Made by a program: the position numbers and the translations under genes. 64,000 nucleotides of DNA from Nitrospirota bacterium (lineage in GTDB: Bacteria; Nitrospirota; UBA9217): assembly GCA_963790205.1 (NCBI GenBank), contig CAWBNQ010000001.1, positions 256,001 to 320,000 on the forward strand, read 5' to 3'. The stretch's first letter is position 1. The number at the start of each line of letters is the position of its first letter. The notes beneath the pieces are model-generated. The model saw only the letters and a program-made list of their open reading frames with translations, was not told the DNA's origin and did no database searches. Below, piece by piece: positions 40,307 through 50,194 of this stretch.

Positions 40307-41647
40307 ATGAGAACAGGCCGCAAAACCGGTCTCACCCGGCTCCAGACGATGTTCACGGAGATCTTCGGACTTGGCCGCGCGGCAGCGCTCAGCGCCGCGC
40401 TTTTGGTCAGCCTGGTCACGATCGGCGCCGTATTCTGGTTCTTTTATTCGGCCCCTCCGCGCACCCTTATCATCACGAGCGGCCCCGAGGGCAGCATCTT
40501 CCGGATGAATGCCGATAAGTACCGCGTCATACTGGCGCGAAGCGGGGTTACGGTGAAGGTCCTTCCGTCCCAGGGCTCGCTGGAAAATCTCAAGAGGCTT
40601 GCAGACCCTTCGTTCAAGGCCGACATCGGGTTCGTCCAGGGCGGAGTGGCCGAGGGGCTGGCTGTCGACAAGCTGGCTTCGCTCGGGAGCGTTTCCTATG
40701 AACCGCTCCTGGTCTTTTACAGAAGCTCGCGGTCTCTCGATCTGCTTTCCCGGCTGAACGGCAAGCGGCTCGCCATCGGTCCGGAGGGCAGCGGAACGCG
40801 GTCCCTGGCCCTGGTCCTGCTCGCTGCCAACGGCATCGAACCCGGCGACGCGACCGCGCTCACGGACCTCGACGCTGAAGACGCGGCAAAAGCGTTGATC
40901 GAAGGCAGGGTCGACGCCGTGTTCCTGATGGGGGACGCCGCCTCGCCGCAGACCATGCGCACGCTCCTGCGGACCCCCGGGATCCGGCTTTTCGATTTCA
41001 CCCAGGCCGATGGTTATACGCGCCGCATTGGCTACTTGAACAAGCTGGATCTGCCGAAGGGCTCCATCGATTTCGGCAGGGACATACCGGCGCACGATGT
41101 CTCGCTGATCGGCCCCACGGTCGAGCTCATTGCGCGGGCCGACCTGCACCCCGCGCTGTCGGACCTGCTGCTCGAAGCCGCGCGTGAAGTGCACGGAAAA
41201 CCCGGCCTGTTCAAGCGCCGGGGCGAGTTCCCGGCCCCGCTCGAACACGAATTCCCCATAAGCCCCGATGCAGCGCGCTTCTACAAATCAGGCAAGAGCT
41301 TCCTCTACCGGTACCTTCCCTACCGGCTGGCAAACCTGGTGAACCGCTTCCTCATGGTGGCAGTGCCCATGGTCGTGGTACTGCTCCCGGGACTTCGGAG
41401 CATACCCGCGCTCTATCGCTGGCGGATCAGGCTGCGCATCTACCGGTGGTACCGTGCATTGCTGATGCTCGAACGGGACCTTATCGCGCGGCCGGCGGCC
41501 GGGGAGCGGGAAAAGATCCTCGGCCTGCTCGATCATATCGAAGAGCAAGTCAACAAAATGAAGGTGCCGGCGGCCTTCGCCGACCAGTTCTATGTGCTCC
41601 GCGGCCACATCGATTTTGTCCGCGGCCGTCTCTTGAAAAGCGCGTAG
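40307..41647 (+). CDS. TAXI-family TRAP solute-binding protein with C-terminal membrane domain
   Basis: SQGSLENL, GFVQGG, IGPEGSGT; N- and C-terminal TM segments. Confidence 0.85.
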   Translation: MRTGRKTGLTRLQTMFTEIFGLGRAAALSAALLVSLVTIGAVFWFFYSAPPRTLIITSGPEGSIFRMNADKYRVILARSGVTVKVLPSQGSLENLKRLADPSFKADIGFVQGGVAEGLAVDKLASLGSVSYEPLLVFYRSSRSLDLLSRLNGKRLAIGPEGSGTRSLALVLLAANGIEPGDATALTDLDAEDAAKALIEGRVDAVFLMGDAASPQTMRTLLRTPGIRLFDFTQADGYTRRIGYLNKLDLPKGSIDFGRDIPAHDVSLIGPTVELIARADLHPALSDLLLEAAREVHGKPGLFKRRGEFPAPLEHEFPISPDAARFYKSGKSFLYRYLPYRLANLVNRFLMVAVPMVVVLLPGLRSIPALYRWRIRLRIYRWYRALLMLERDLIARPAAGEREKILGLLDHIEEQVNKMKVPAAFADQFYVLRGHIDFVRGRLLKSA

Positions 41648-41770
41648 CGTCCCAAGCATCCTACCAGGGGCGTCTTAAGGCGCCCGTTATACGGTTATAC
41701 AGGTCTTTACTCTTTACATTCCCCATTTTCTCATAAACGGCTTATTCGTCATGGCGTGAAGCAGCGCTCG

Positions 41771-43846
41771 TCACGAGTATGGAGACACGAAGCAGGTGCC
41801 TAACCCCTTCGACGCCTGTTCCTTATGCACTGCTTTCTGCAGTTCTTGCCCGCTGGATTCAAGCAGGCTGGAAACGGACATTTGCTCCCAATTACCGACA
41901 TGCATAAGCCTGACCACTCTGTTGGCAATGCTCTTTTTCTCATCCGGCGTGATAACCACGCAGGATATGCTTTTGCGGCAATATCCGGAATAGCTGCAGC
42001 CGGTATTATGACACTTGTCATTATCGACGGTTATGCTTTTGGACAAATTCCTCGGCCGGTCGACATTGCAGCCTTTAATCACTGCGACATGATAGGCAAG
42101 GAGCTGCAGCGGTACAACGGTGACAAAAGGAACGAGCGCGGGATGTGTCGAGGGCACCACGATCATGTCGTCCGCCGTGTCGCGGAAGGAGGCGGGTGAA
42201 TCCGTGACCACAATGATCCTTCCTCCCCTCGCTTTCACCTCCGCGATGTTCGACAGCATCTTTTCGTGCAGGCCGTCGATCGTTGCCAAGAAAACGACGG
42301 GGACCCCCTCCTCGATCAGCGCGATGGGGCCATGTTTCATTTCTCCCCCCGGATATCCATCAGCGTGAATGTAGGCGAGCTCCTTCATCTTGAGCGCGCC
42401 TTCGAGCGCAATGGGGTAGTTGATCCCCCGGCCGACGTACAGCATGCTCTTCGCGCCCGCCAGGGTCTTTGCGATCTCCTTGACCTTTCCATCGGTTTGG
42501 AGCGCCTGTCGAATGAGCCTCGGCAGATCGAGCAGGAATGGTTTGAGCGTCTGGATCTCGAGGTCGCTGAGCCTGCCTTTCCTGGCGCCCAGGGCAATAC
42601 CCAGGAGGCTCAGGGCGGCAAGCTGAGCGGTAAAGGCCTTGGTGGATACCACGCCGATCTCCAGCCCCGCGCGCGTGTAGAAGACCGAATCAGCCTCGCG
42701 CGTGGTCGTGCTGCCGACGACATTGCAGATCGTCAAGGTCCTCGCTCCTTTTTCCTTTGCTACGCGTTGAGCTGCGAGGGTATCGGCTGTTTCTCCTGAC
42801 TGCGTAATGGTGATGAGCACCGTTCCTTTCGGGACGACCGGGCACAGGTCCCGGAACTCCGAGGCGATGTCCACGGCCACGGGGATGCGCACGAACTTCT
42901 CGATCATATACCGGCCGACGAGACCCGCATGGTACGACGTCCCGCAGGCCGCGATATGGAGCCGGCGGAGGTCCTTGATGGCGCCCTCGAAGCCCATCTC
43001 ATCCATGAGCCTGTTCGTGTCGTCGGTCCACTCCCGCAGGGTATCCATGACGCCCTGGGGTTGCTCGTATATCTCCTTGAGCATGAAATGATCGTATCCC
43101 TGCTTCTCAGCCATTGCAGGCGTCCAGTTATTCGTTACGATTTTTCCTTCAAGCCGCAGGGGCTCCAGAGATTCGACCTGCTTCAGCTCGACCCCGCCGC
43201 TCCTGAGGAGGGCCATGTGCCGGTCTTCGAGATAGATGAAGTTCTTCGTATAGGGGAGGAGCGCGGCAACGTCGGATGCGATGTACTGTGCATCCGCGCC
43301 AATTCCAATGACGAGCGGGCTGCCGCTGCAGACCGCGAACAGCGTATCCGGCGTGCCTTCGTGCATGATCCCCAGAGCATAAACCCCGCGAAGGTGCGCG
43401 ATCGCCTGTCGGATCGCCTCATCGATAGGGAGACCGCGGTCAAGGTAGCCGGCGATGAGCTGAGGCACTACCTCCGTGTCCGTCTGGGATGTGAAAACAT
43501 GTCCTGCTGCCGTCAATTCGGTCCTCAACTCGCGGTAATTTGCAATGATGCCATTGTGCACCACGGAGACGCCTTTCACGGTGTGCGGATGGGCATTGGC
43601 TGTGGACGGCGCCCCATGGGTGGCCCATCGCGTGTGGCCGATACCGATCGTAATGGCCGGCAACGGGGTCGGCAGCATCTTCTGAAGGTCCTGCAGCTTG
43701 CCTGGAGTCTTGTAAACCTCGATTCCCGATCCGTTCTTAAATGCAATTCCCGACGAATCGTAACCACGGTACTCCAAACGGGTAAGGCCATCAAAGAGAA
43801 TCTGCAAAGAATCCTTTTCCCCAACATATCCGACGATTCCGCACAT
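41771..43846 (-). CDS. glmS: Glutamine-fructose-6-phosphate aminotransferase; true stop probably near 42020
   Basis: MCGIVG, LEYRGYDS, HTRWATHG, SQSGETADT, EGALKMKE, PRNLSKSITV. Confidence 0.95.
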   Translation of the reverse strand: MCGIVGYVGEKDSLQILFDGLTRLEYRGYDSSGIAFKNGSGIEVYKTPGKLQDLQKMLPTPLPAITIGIGHTRWATHGAPSTANAHPHTVKGVSVVHNGIIANYRELRTELTAAGHVFTSQTDTEVVPQLIAGYLDRGLPIDEAIRQAIAHLRGVYALGIMHEGTPDTLFAVCSGSPLVIGIGADAQYIASDVAALLPYTKNFIYLEDRHMALLRSGGVELKQVESLEPLRLEGKIVTNNWTPAMAEKQGYDHFMLKEIYEQPQGVMDTLREWTDDTNRLMDEMGFEGAIKDLRRLHIAACGTSYHAGLVGRYMIEKFVRIPVAVDIASEFRDLCPVVPKGTVLITITQSGETADTLAAQRVAKEKGARTLTICNVVGSTTTREADSVFYTRAGLEIGVVSTKAFTAQLAALSLLGIALGARKGRLSDLEIQTLKPFLLDLPRLIRQALQTDGKVKEIAKTLAGAKSMLYVGRGINYPIALEGALKMKELAYIHADGYPGGEMKHGPIALIEEGVPVVFLATIDGLHEKMLSNIAEVKARGGRIIVVTDSPASFRDTADDMIVVPSTHPALVPFVTVVPLQLLAYHVAVIKGCNVDRPRNLSKSITVDNDKCHNTGCSYSGYCRKSISCVVITPDEKKSIANRVVRLMHVGNWEQMSVSSLLESSGQELQKAVHKEQASKGLGTCFVSPYS

Positions 43847-43930
43847 GATTTCTCCCTCGAATTGCCAGTTCTCATAACGTTAGCGTCGACAACGGCATTG
43901 CTATCCTGAATATGACCTGTACCAGATTAA

Positions 43931-43947
43931 AGCAAGAAGGATGCCGA
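43931..43947 (-). promoter_or_regulatory. Putative sigma54 (-24/-12) promoter of glmS
   Basis: Minus strand TCGGCATCCTTCTTGCT: GG-N10-GC with TTGC, about 85 bp upstream of the start. Confidence 0.6.
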
Positions 43948-44199
43948 ATTGACAACGGCCGAGGTCAAAGGGCGATAAAATTCCTTAAAACCTTTATTTC
44001 ATTTATTTTTAATAAGTTATCAGCTTGTCATCATTATCATGAGAACATACTAGAAGAGCGAAGGAAATACACCTTTGACCTCTCATTTCTCATTTCGCGG
44101 AGAATGGCACGTAAGGAATCATCAGTTTTTGCAATGAGTGAATTCAAAGTATGCAAAAAAAATCAGGATTTTAATTAATTTTTAAATACACTATTGTGA

Positions 44200-44257
44200 T
44201 GTATCCAAGTGATACAATATATGGCTTTACTTATAAAATGTGTATCCAATATATACA
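44200..44257. promoter_or_regulatory. Tandem palindromic operator/enhancer sites (TGTATC-N5-KATACA)
   Basis: TGTATCCAAGTGATACA at 44200 and TGTATCCAATATATACA at 44241, 41 bp apart. Confidence 0.6.
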
Positions 44258-44490
44258 ATAAAATAAAAGATCAACACTGGTGAACGAAAATAGCCAGGAC
44301 CGATTCAATTTTTCTAAAGATGTGGGAGGGCCAGCCACTGCTGGCCTTCCCACTACTCTACCTATATCTATTCTCGTATATATTATATTTATATTATATT
44401 CTCGCGACCTTCATGTCCTCCCGTTGTTCTCCCAAACCTGTCCCGGACAAGCCGGAACCAAAAATCTTGGAACCGCCAAGAAACATCTCA

Positions 44491-44650
44491 GGGTCCCCAT
44501 TTAAAGGGTACGGTCGAGCGAGATGAATCAGTTCTAAATTTATAGTTCTTAGTTCAATCCAAATAATCTTTCTCGCAGAGCCTTTTCGTCATCCTCATCA
44601 TTACCCTTGCCGCAGTATCGTTCCGTTCGGTGCATGTTCCTCGACCAGTT
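44491..44650 (-). repeat. IS110 right-end relic; related copies at 45617-45650, 47953-48102, 48657-48853, 51066-51212
   Basis: Shared GGGTCACCCATTTAAAGG-like start and GAGCCTTTTCGTYATC...TTGCCGCAGT core with the end of the dead IS110 at 51066. Confidence 0.72.
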
Positions 44651-44916
44651 CAGGACAAGCTTTCCTTGCAGATGCGCTGCGGACAATAACGTTACGAATC
44701 GTAGCGCATGCGTTCTGTCATGTGCGGATGCATCAGCTCTGCGACATTGTGTTGCCTTGACACATGAGCCGGGTACCTCTATTATTTAAGTAGGAGTATT
44801 TGGAGAAGGGCAATTCTGTTTTATGCCCGGGAGGGGTTTACTGAAAAAAAGACCATCTTGTTCATAGCTCCATGCAGGCCGGTTCCGGGACAACATGCTC
44901 GCGCAGGAGGTGCCTC

Positions 44917-45591
44917 ATGAGAAAACCAAGAGTCATTATCTTCTATGACGGGGCGGAGACGAAAAAAGCATTGAAGCGGTTCTTCGATGCCAGGGGCTAT
45001 GAAAGGACGGTTGTTGCGCAATCTGAGTTCTGCCCTTTCTACGCGTCACCCGGCACCGGCGGCCGCGTTTGCTGCGACATCGTCGTTGTGGTGGAAAAGG
45101 GGCAGCGCAAGAACGCCGATGAGATCCTCATTTCACAGACCTATCATGACTGTAGACTGAAACCCTCCAATAGAGCGATCATCTCGGATGTGCCCGGCGC
45201 CGGCCAGAGGGATGTTGTTAAGGCGATGGGAGCCGTGGTCTTTCGCAATCCCCTGGATATCGGCGAATTCGAGGCTTGGGTCCAGAGCTGCCGGACGCTG
45301 ATGGATCTTTCCATACCGCTCGTGATCAGGCGCAAAGTACTGCGCCGGACCTGTCCCGCTGACATGAAGATCCACTATCGTGTTCTGAAGAGGGGTGAAG
45401 TTCTCCAGGCCCGTGCGCTGAACGAGAGCTCCTGCGGCATCTGTATCAAGACGCGGCACACGTTGAAACCCCGGCAGGTGATCCACCTGTGGTCGGAGGA
45501 GCCCCCGCTCTCTGAAGACGCCGAGGTACGTTGGATACAGAAGGTCGAGGACGGAACGCACCTCATCGGTCTTACGTTCTGCGTTGCCTGA
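44917..45591 (+). CDS. Degenerate receiver domain plus PilZ domain protein
   Basis: AGGAGG RBS; REC-like N-terminus; RRKVLRR and NESSCG PilZ-like motifs; AEVRW...IGL. Confidence 0.72.
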   Translation: MRKPRVIIFYDGAETKKALKRFFDARGYERTVVAQSEFCPFYASPGTGGRVCCDIVVVVEKGQRKNADEILISQTYHDCRLKPSNRAIISDVPGAGQRDVVKAMGAVVFRNPLDIGEFEAWVQSCRTLMDLSIPLVIRRKVLRRTCPADMKIHYRVLKRGEVLQARALNESSCGICIKTRHTLKPRQVIHLWSEEPPLSEDAEVRWIQKVEDGTHLIGLTFCVA

Positions 45592-45906
45592 GAACATCAA
45601 GGGAAGAAATCTCGTAGGGTCACCCATTTGAAAGCTCCCTGTCAAGTGCAAAAGCCCACTCCATGGCGAGAAAATGAAATTTTCGCGTCGATGTTTAGGC
45701 AGTTATCGATTTCTTTACCGTTAGTATTCGTTTTTAAAATACAGTTATGTGCTTCTCAAGAGCAGGGCATGGGCACTGAAGAACCCTGTCGCGGCAAATA
45801 GTCTTTGCGCTGCGCAGATCGTCCTTGACGAATAGGTCCCCTGGCAGTATTATCCTCCTGTCCATAATGACAGCCTGGCTGCATGAACCGTTGTGCCGAG
45901 GATAAC

Positions 45907-46341
45907 ATGGGAAATGACCTGAACGATGGGAAGTTAAGAAGCACGCGTTTGCGAAGGTGGCTATACGTGTCCAGCGCCGTTATCCTGCTGGCCGGTATCG
46001 CAAGCGCCGTCCTGATTTACGTGGCGGCCATGAATGATTCAGCAGGAGATTCGGGTTACGAAATCGTCGGCGGGTTCGTGTACCCGGGCGGGGGAGGGTA
46101 TACCAAGAGCTACGTCCATGATTTGCAGCTTTACGGCGGGAACGCGGCAATGCTTGCGGATCAGTTCATGCGCTGGTTTGCCGGGCTGTGGCGCGGGACA
46201 ACGCTCGCATACACCGTGGCCTGCATCGCCCTCCTGCTGTCGTTCGTTGTTTTCGTCATCGCCAATAACGTGCCGATCCGCTCAAAAGCCGACGTCCGTT
46301 GTGAGGACGACCCTGACAAAAGCGAGTCAATTCCGGAGTGA
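45907..46341 (+). CDS. Hypothetical two-TM membrane protein
   Basis: Two hydrophobic helices flanking KSYVHDLQLYGG. Confidence 0.68.
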   Translation: MGNDLNDGKLRSTRLRRWLYVSSAVILLAGIASAVLIYVAAMNDSAGDSGYEIVGGFVYPGGGGYTKSYVHDLQLYGGNAAMLADQFMRWFAGLWRGTTLAYTVACIALLLSFVVFVIANNVPIRSKADVRCEDDPDKSESIPE

Positions 46342-46558
46342 GCGCATTCCCCGCGGGTCCTGTAAACCTGCAAACGGCCTTGCCGCAGATTAATGCGGAT
46401 AAGAGCCGGATAAAATCGGATTTTTTCCGGAAAGCGGTTCACCCCCGGATGATGGGCTGTAACGAATATTGGCTCTCTTTTCATCCGCTTTTATCATAAT
46501 GTTAAATCCGATTCTTCCGTGTCTAAATGCTCTTTTTGGTGCAAACGGACCTTCACTG

Positions 46559-46594
46559 GAAAAGGGGACCTGAAATGATCAGGTCCCCTTTTTT
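46559..46594. terminator. Intrinsic terminator downstream of the TIGR03118-like gene
   Basis: AAAAAGGGGACCTGA-AATGA-TCAGGTCCCCTTTTTT. Confidence 0.85.
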
Positions 46595-46629
46595 CATCAA
46601 AACCGGTCGCCAGCGAGCGGTGCTTTTTT

Positions 46630-47814
46630 TCAGTAACCCAAGGCAGCTCCTGCCCCGGGTATAACCTCCCCCATCGCCGGTGCGGACCCGGCGCTTATCG
46701 ATCCGAACAGGTTCAGCCCTTTTCGCGAGCCGGCGGTAAAGTAAAGCGTTGTCGTCGGGCCGGCCAGGCCTCCGTTGCCGAAGCCCAGGCCGTGGAGACC
46801 CGGGACCGCGATCGGCTCGCTCCCGCCGTCCTTCAGAAGGCCCAGGTAGGAACCGGACGCGGCATCGAACGCCGCGATCTCTCCGCTTCCCGAATTGGCG
46901 ACGAGCAGCGTGCCGCTGTACTTTCCAAACCCCGCCCGAGGCGCCATCGCGATTCCCCAGGGCGCGTCGAACCAGGGACCGCGTTCGAGCCGCATGAGGA
47001 GTCCGCCGTTTGCGTCAAAGACATCGACATATCCCAGGCCGCGGCCTGATACCGCCGTCCGTCCGTCCGATCCGACCATCGCAAAAGTGATCCAGATCTC
47101 GCCATTAATGTTCTGCACATTATAGGGAGCAAATCCGTACGGAAGGTCCGGGTCGCTAAAAGCCCCGGCCTCGAGGGTAAGAGGACCGAAGTCCGGTCCG
47201 AAAGCGTCAACTCTTCCCTGGCCGAAGTTCGCAACGTAAAGAACGTCCCGGCCGTCCGTCGATGCGAGGGCCGCTCCGGTATAGACCGCCTCCGGCGAGT
47301 TGTCCTGGACCACGACGGCTTCGTAGCGGTCCTGCTCGCTGTTCCATCCCGCGATGCTGCCGTCCCGGGTCACGAAGATGAACCGGCTCGGCACGGCAGG
47401 GGCAAGCTCGAAATCCTCGGCGCCGTTATACACGATGCCCGTTGGCGTCGAATAATCATTGACGCCGCCCGGTGTCACCGGAATAGTCACCACGAGCGGG
47501 TCGAGGCCGGGAAAGGTCCCTCCGTCTTCGCTGTATACGGTTGCTCTTCCCTTGCCCTCATCAGCCACCCACCAAGGGCCCCCTTCGGTATCGGCCGCCA
47601 TTCCCCAGCAGTTGACAAGAGAGGAATCCGAGCTTCCTGCGGCCGGGCCCATGACGTTGGAGACGAGGTTTGTCAACGTGTATCGCTCTCCCGCTTCCTT
47701 TGCCCGGGCCTGCGACGCAAACAGGATACAGAGGACCGCGACCAGCACCCGAAAAATAACAGCCGCTGCGCCTGTCTTGACGCTGCTCGATATTCCTATA
47801 AAGTAATACTTCAT
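46630..47814 (-). CDS. TIGR03118-family secreted beta-propeller protein
   Basis: TNLVSN, LVN.WG, PTGIVYN, VYTGAA, APYNVQ, PWGIA, LYFTAG. Confidence 0.82.
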   Translation of the reverse strand: MKYYFIGISSSVKTGAAAVIFRVLVAVLCILFASQARAKEAGERYTLTNLVSNVMGPAAGSSDSSLVNCWGMAADTEGGPWWVADEGKGRATVYSEDGGTFPGLDPLVVTIPVTPGGVNDYSTPTGIVYNGAEDFELAPAVPSRFIFVTRDGSIAGWNSEQDRYEAVVVQDNSPEAVYTGAALASTDGRDVLYVANFGQGRVDAFGPDFGPLTLEAGAFSDPDLPYGFAPYNVQNINGEIWITFAMVGSDGRTAVSGRGLGYVDVFDANGGLLMRLERGPWFDAPWGIAMAPRAGFGKYSGTLLVANSGSGEIAAFDAASGSYLGLLKDGGSEPIAVPGLHGLGFGNGGLAGPTTTLYFTAGSRKGLNLFGSISAGSAPAMGEVIPGAGAALGY

Positions 47815-47952
47815 GCTCACAACGTCGCCTCTCGCAAACGATCGGATCCATGTTCTCTCTCTGATTATATGATACCTCCCTTTTTTGAACGAATTCAGAG
47901 ATTGTCGGCAGTACGAACAAAGGAGGACCCCCAATCTTCTGCGAACATCTGA

Positions 47953-48102
47953 GGGTCATCCATTTAAAAGGTACCTGACAAACGAAAAAAGCTATCTTGT
48001 GGCGAGAAACGGAACATTTCTCGCCGAGCCTTTTCGTTATCTTCATCCGTACCATTGCCGCAGTTTCCTTCGGTTTCGGTGTCAGTCTTAACTGCACCAG
48101 TC
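47953..48102 (-). repeat. IS110 right-end relic, near-identical to 51066-51212
   Basis: About 145 bp with long exact blocks such as TTTCTCGCCGAGCCTTTTCGTTATCTTCATCCGTACCATTGCCGCAGTTTC. Confidence 0.85.
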
Positions 48103-48180
48103 TTTATTGTTGACATTCGACTTTTAAAATACAGTCATGTACTTTCCCCATTATAATAAGTATTGGGGTCGCTTCTTAGG

Positions 48181-48309
48181 GGGCTGTTGCCCAAACTATT
48201 TTTTGTCACCCTGAGCAAAGTGAAGGGTCTGCAATCATATTGTAAATGCGAGATTCTTCGCTGCGCTCAGAATGACATTTTGGGCGCAAAGTGATTTGGG
48301 TAACAGCCC
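48181..48309. repeat. REP-like nested palindromic element
   Basis: GGGCTGTTGCCCAAA...TTTGGGTAACAGCCC enclosing TGTCACCCTGAGC...GCTCAGAATGACA. Confidence 0.7.
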
Positions 48310-48514
48310 GTTAGTGCTTGGCATGACTTCTGGAGTGAGCGCTAGCGAGCGGACACGGTAATGTTCCAACCTTAAGAATCGAGCTCCCGATGTCAAGGGA
48401 AGCTCAATGCTGGAGCGAGCGCATTCTCCGCGGATGCCTATCCGAACCTTCATTTGCTGCAGGGAGCTTCAATGATCACATGCACAATGTCCAAGTGCAA
48501 AAAGGAGACGCACA

Positions 48515-48640
48515 ATGGGAAACAAGGGCGGCAGGAAGGGCAAGGAAAAGAGCCGGAAGCAGAAAACTGCTCGAGCCGGAGTCATTTCTGCCGGAACAAA
48601 AGGAGAAGCTCAAGAACAGCCGGGTAGACTTCTCGCTTAA
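48515..48640 (+). CDS. Small Lys-rich protein (41 aa), below the ORF-track cutoff
   Basis: AAAGGAG RBS then MGNKGGRKGKEKSRKQK... Confidence 0.45.
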   Translation: MGNKGGRKGKEKSRKQKTARAGVISAGTKGEAQEQPGRLLA

Positions 48641-49178
48641 ATAACAGAGAACCATGAGGTCTCCCATTTAATCGTCACTCTGGGTTGAATTCCCCGCCGC
48701 TTGCGGCGTAATGGGTTTTGATACGGTTCTTAATACCTCGCTGCTTGCGGCGAGGAAGTTTATTGGGCACCGTCAGGCAAAATGAATCAGTTCTTGATTT
48801 ATAGTTTTTAGTTCACTCCAGCCAATCTTTCCAACCGAGCCCTTCCGGTATCCTTGAACCTCCTAAATCAGATCTTTGATATTTGACTTTTCTCTTTTCC
48901 TTGTGGGTAAGGTAAAGCCTTCTTCCCGTCTTCATCTCCTTCTTTGCAATTGAGCGCGTTGCGCCCTTGATGCCAACCTCTTCTGATGAAAAGATATCGC
49001 TGTCTGAAGTAATATCAATTCAACAAGTGTATGCACTTTACAATTACGTCAAACTACGGCGACCTGAAAAAAGACTTGCAATGTGCGAGCACGTGTGATA
49101 CCATTATTTATGGTATGTGCTAATTTAACTAGTCTAGACGCTTTCCTCCGGCTTTGCGTTTCTGAAAGGAGGCTTGCA

Positions 49179-50057
49179 ATGAAGAGGATCATCAATACGC
49201 TTCTGGCTATAGCGGCAGTCCCGGCCGTGCTTACCGGCTGCGCGGGCGGGGCCATGGTGAAGAAGGACGATCTCGCCGAGACCGGCAGGATCGCCATTGT
49301 GAGCGTTGTTATGCCCCGCATAGCGGACACCGCCCGGGAGAGCAACCGGGCCGCGCTCCAGGCCTTGGTGGAGCGGGCGCTTGTACGCGCCCAGGCCGAC
49401 CTGAAGTCCGTGCGCAGCTGGACGGTCGTCGATCCGGCCGGCTACAAAGGCTCGCAGGCGGTCATGTCCTTCGGCGCGGTTTCCGACGAAGAGCTCGCAG
49501 CCCTGTTCCCGTCGGGCGAAAAGCGCAAGACGGCCAGGGGGACGATCGCGCGGGAAGTATCGCAGTGGAAAGAGACCTTCATCGGCGCGAAAGCCCTGCC
49601 GATCGTTCCGCATTCGGGACTGGTGCCGAACAGGAGTGAGAAAACGGATCCCGCAATGATCCCGCCCATCATGCAGAAGCATGCGACCAGGCTGTGCAGC
49701 GAGCTGAACGTCGATGCCGTTGCCTTCGTTCACGTTCTGGCGAGCATCACCCATCCGAGGCCCAAAACCTTCATCGTGAGCGGCAACCGGACCGACGGCA
49801 CCCTTCATGTGGCGCAGACCATGGTGATCGTGGACAAGACGGGCCGGATCATCGTTGATATGGGATGGCCGGCACTCGATGAACATGCCAGGACCAGGGA
49901 CCTGCTCCCCCTGTACGCCGGCTCGGGGCAGGACGCGGTAAAACAGGAAAACATCGATCTGGGCGATCCCAGGAACAAGATCATGCAGGCGTTTTTCCTG
50001 TTGATCGATGAAACGGCCGCGGACATGGTCAAAGGCCTCAAAAAGGCCGCCAACTAG
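49179..50057 (+). CDS. Hypothetical lipoprotein
   Basis: AAGGAGG RBS, lipobox LTGC. Confidence 0.8.
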   Translation: MKRIINTLLAIAAVPAVLTGCAGGAMVKKDDLAETGRIAIVSVVMPRIADTARESNRAALQALVERALVRAQADLKSVRSWTVVDPAGYKGSQAVMSFGAVSDEELAALFPSGEKRKTARGTIAREVSQWKETFIGAKALPIVPHSGLVPNRSEKTDPAMIPPIMQKHATRLCSELNVDAVAFVHVLASITHPRPKTFIVSGNRTDGTLHVAQTMVIVDKTGRIIVDMGWPALDEHARTRDLLPLYAGSGQDAVKQENIDLGDPRNKIMQAFFLLIDETAADMVKGLKKAAN

Positions 50058-50194
50058 GCACCGGCTGTTTCGGAGGATGCAAGGGCATAATCCGCAGATT
50101 ACACAGATAGGTCGTAAAAGTAAGAAGTAAGAAGGCATAAAAAAATTTCCTAATTCTCATTTTCTCACTTCTTAGTTGCAGTTTTTGAGGTTCG

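Noticed and set aside
41771..42022. 83-aa Cys-rich C-terminal extension on GlmS
   Set aside because: The sequence reads GTC-GA-TAA-TGA; one added base restores the canonical ...TVE-stop-stop, so the extension is most likely read-through from an indel.
44105..44121. Plus-strand TGGCACG sigma54 site
   Set aside because: Lacks the -12 TTGC/GC element at the required spacing.
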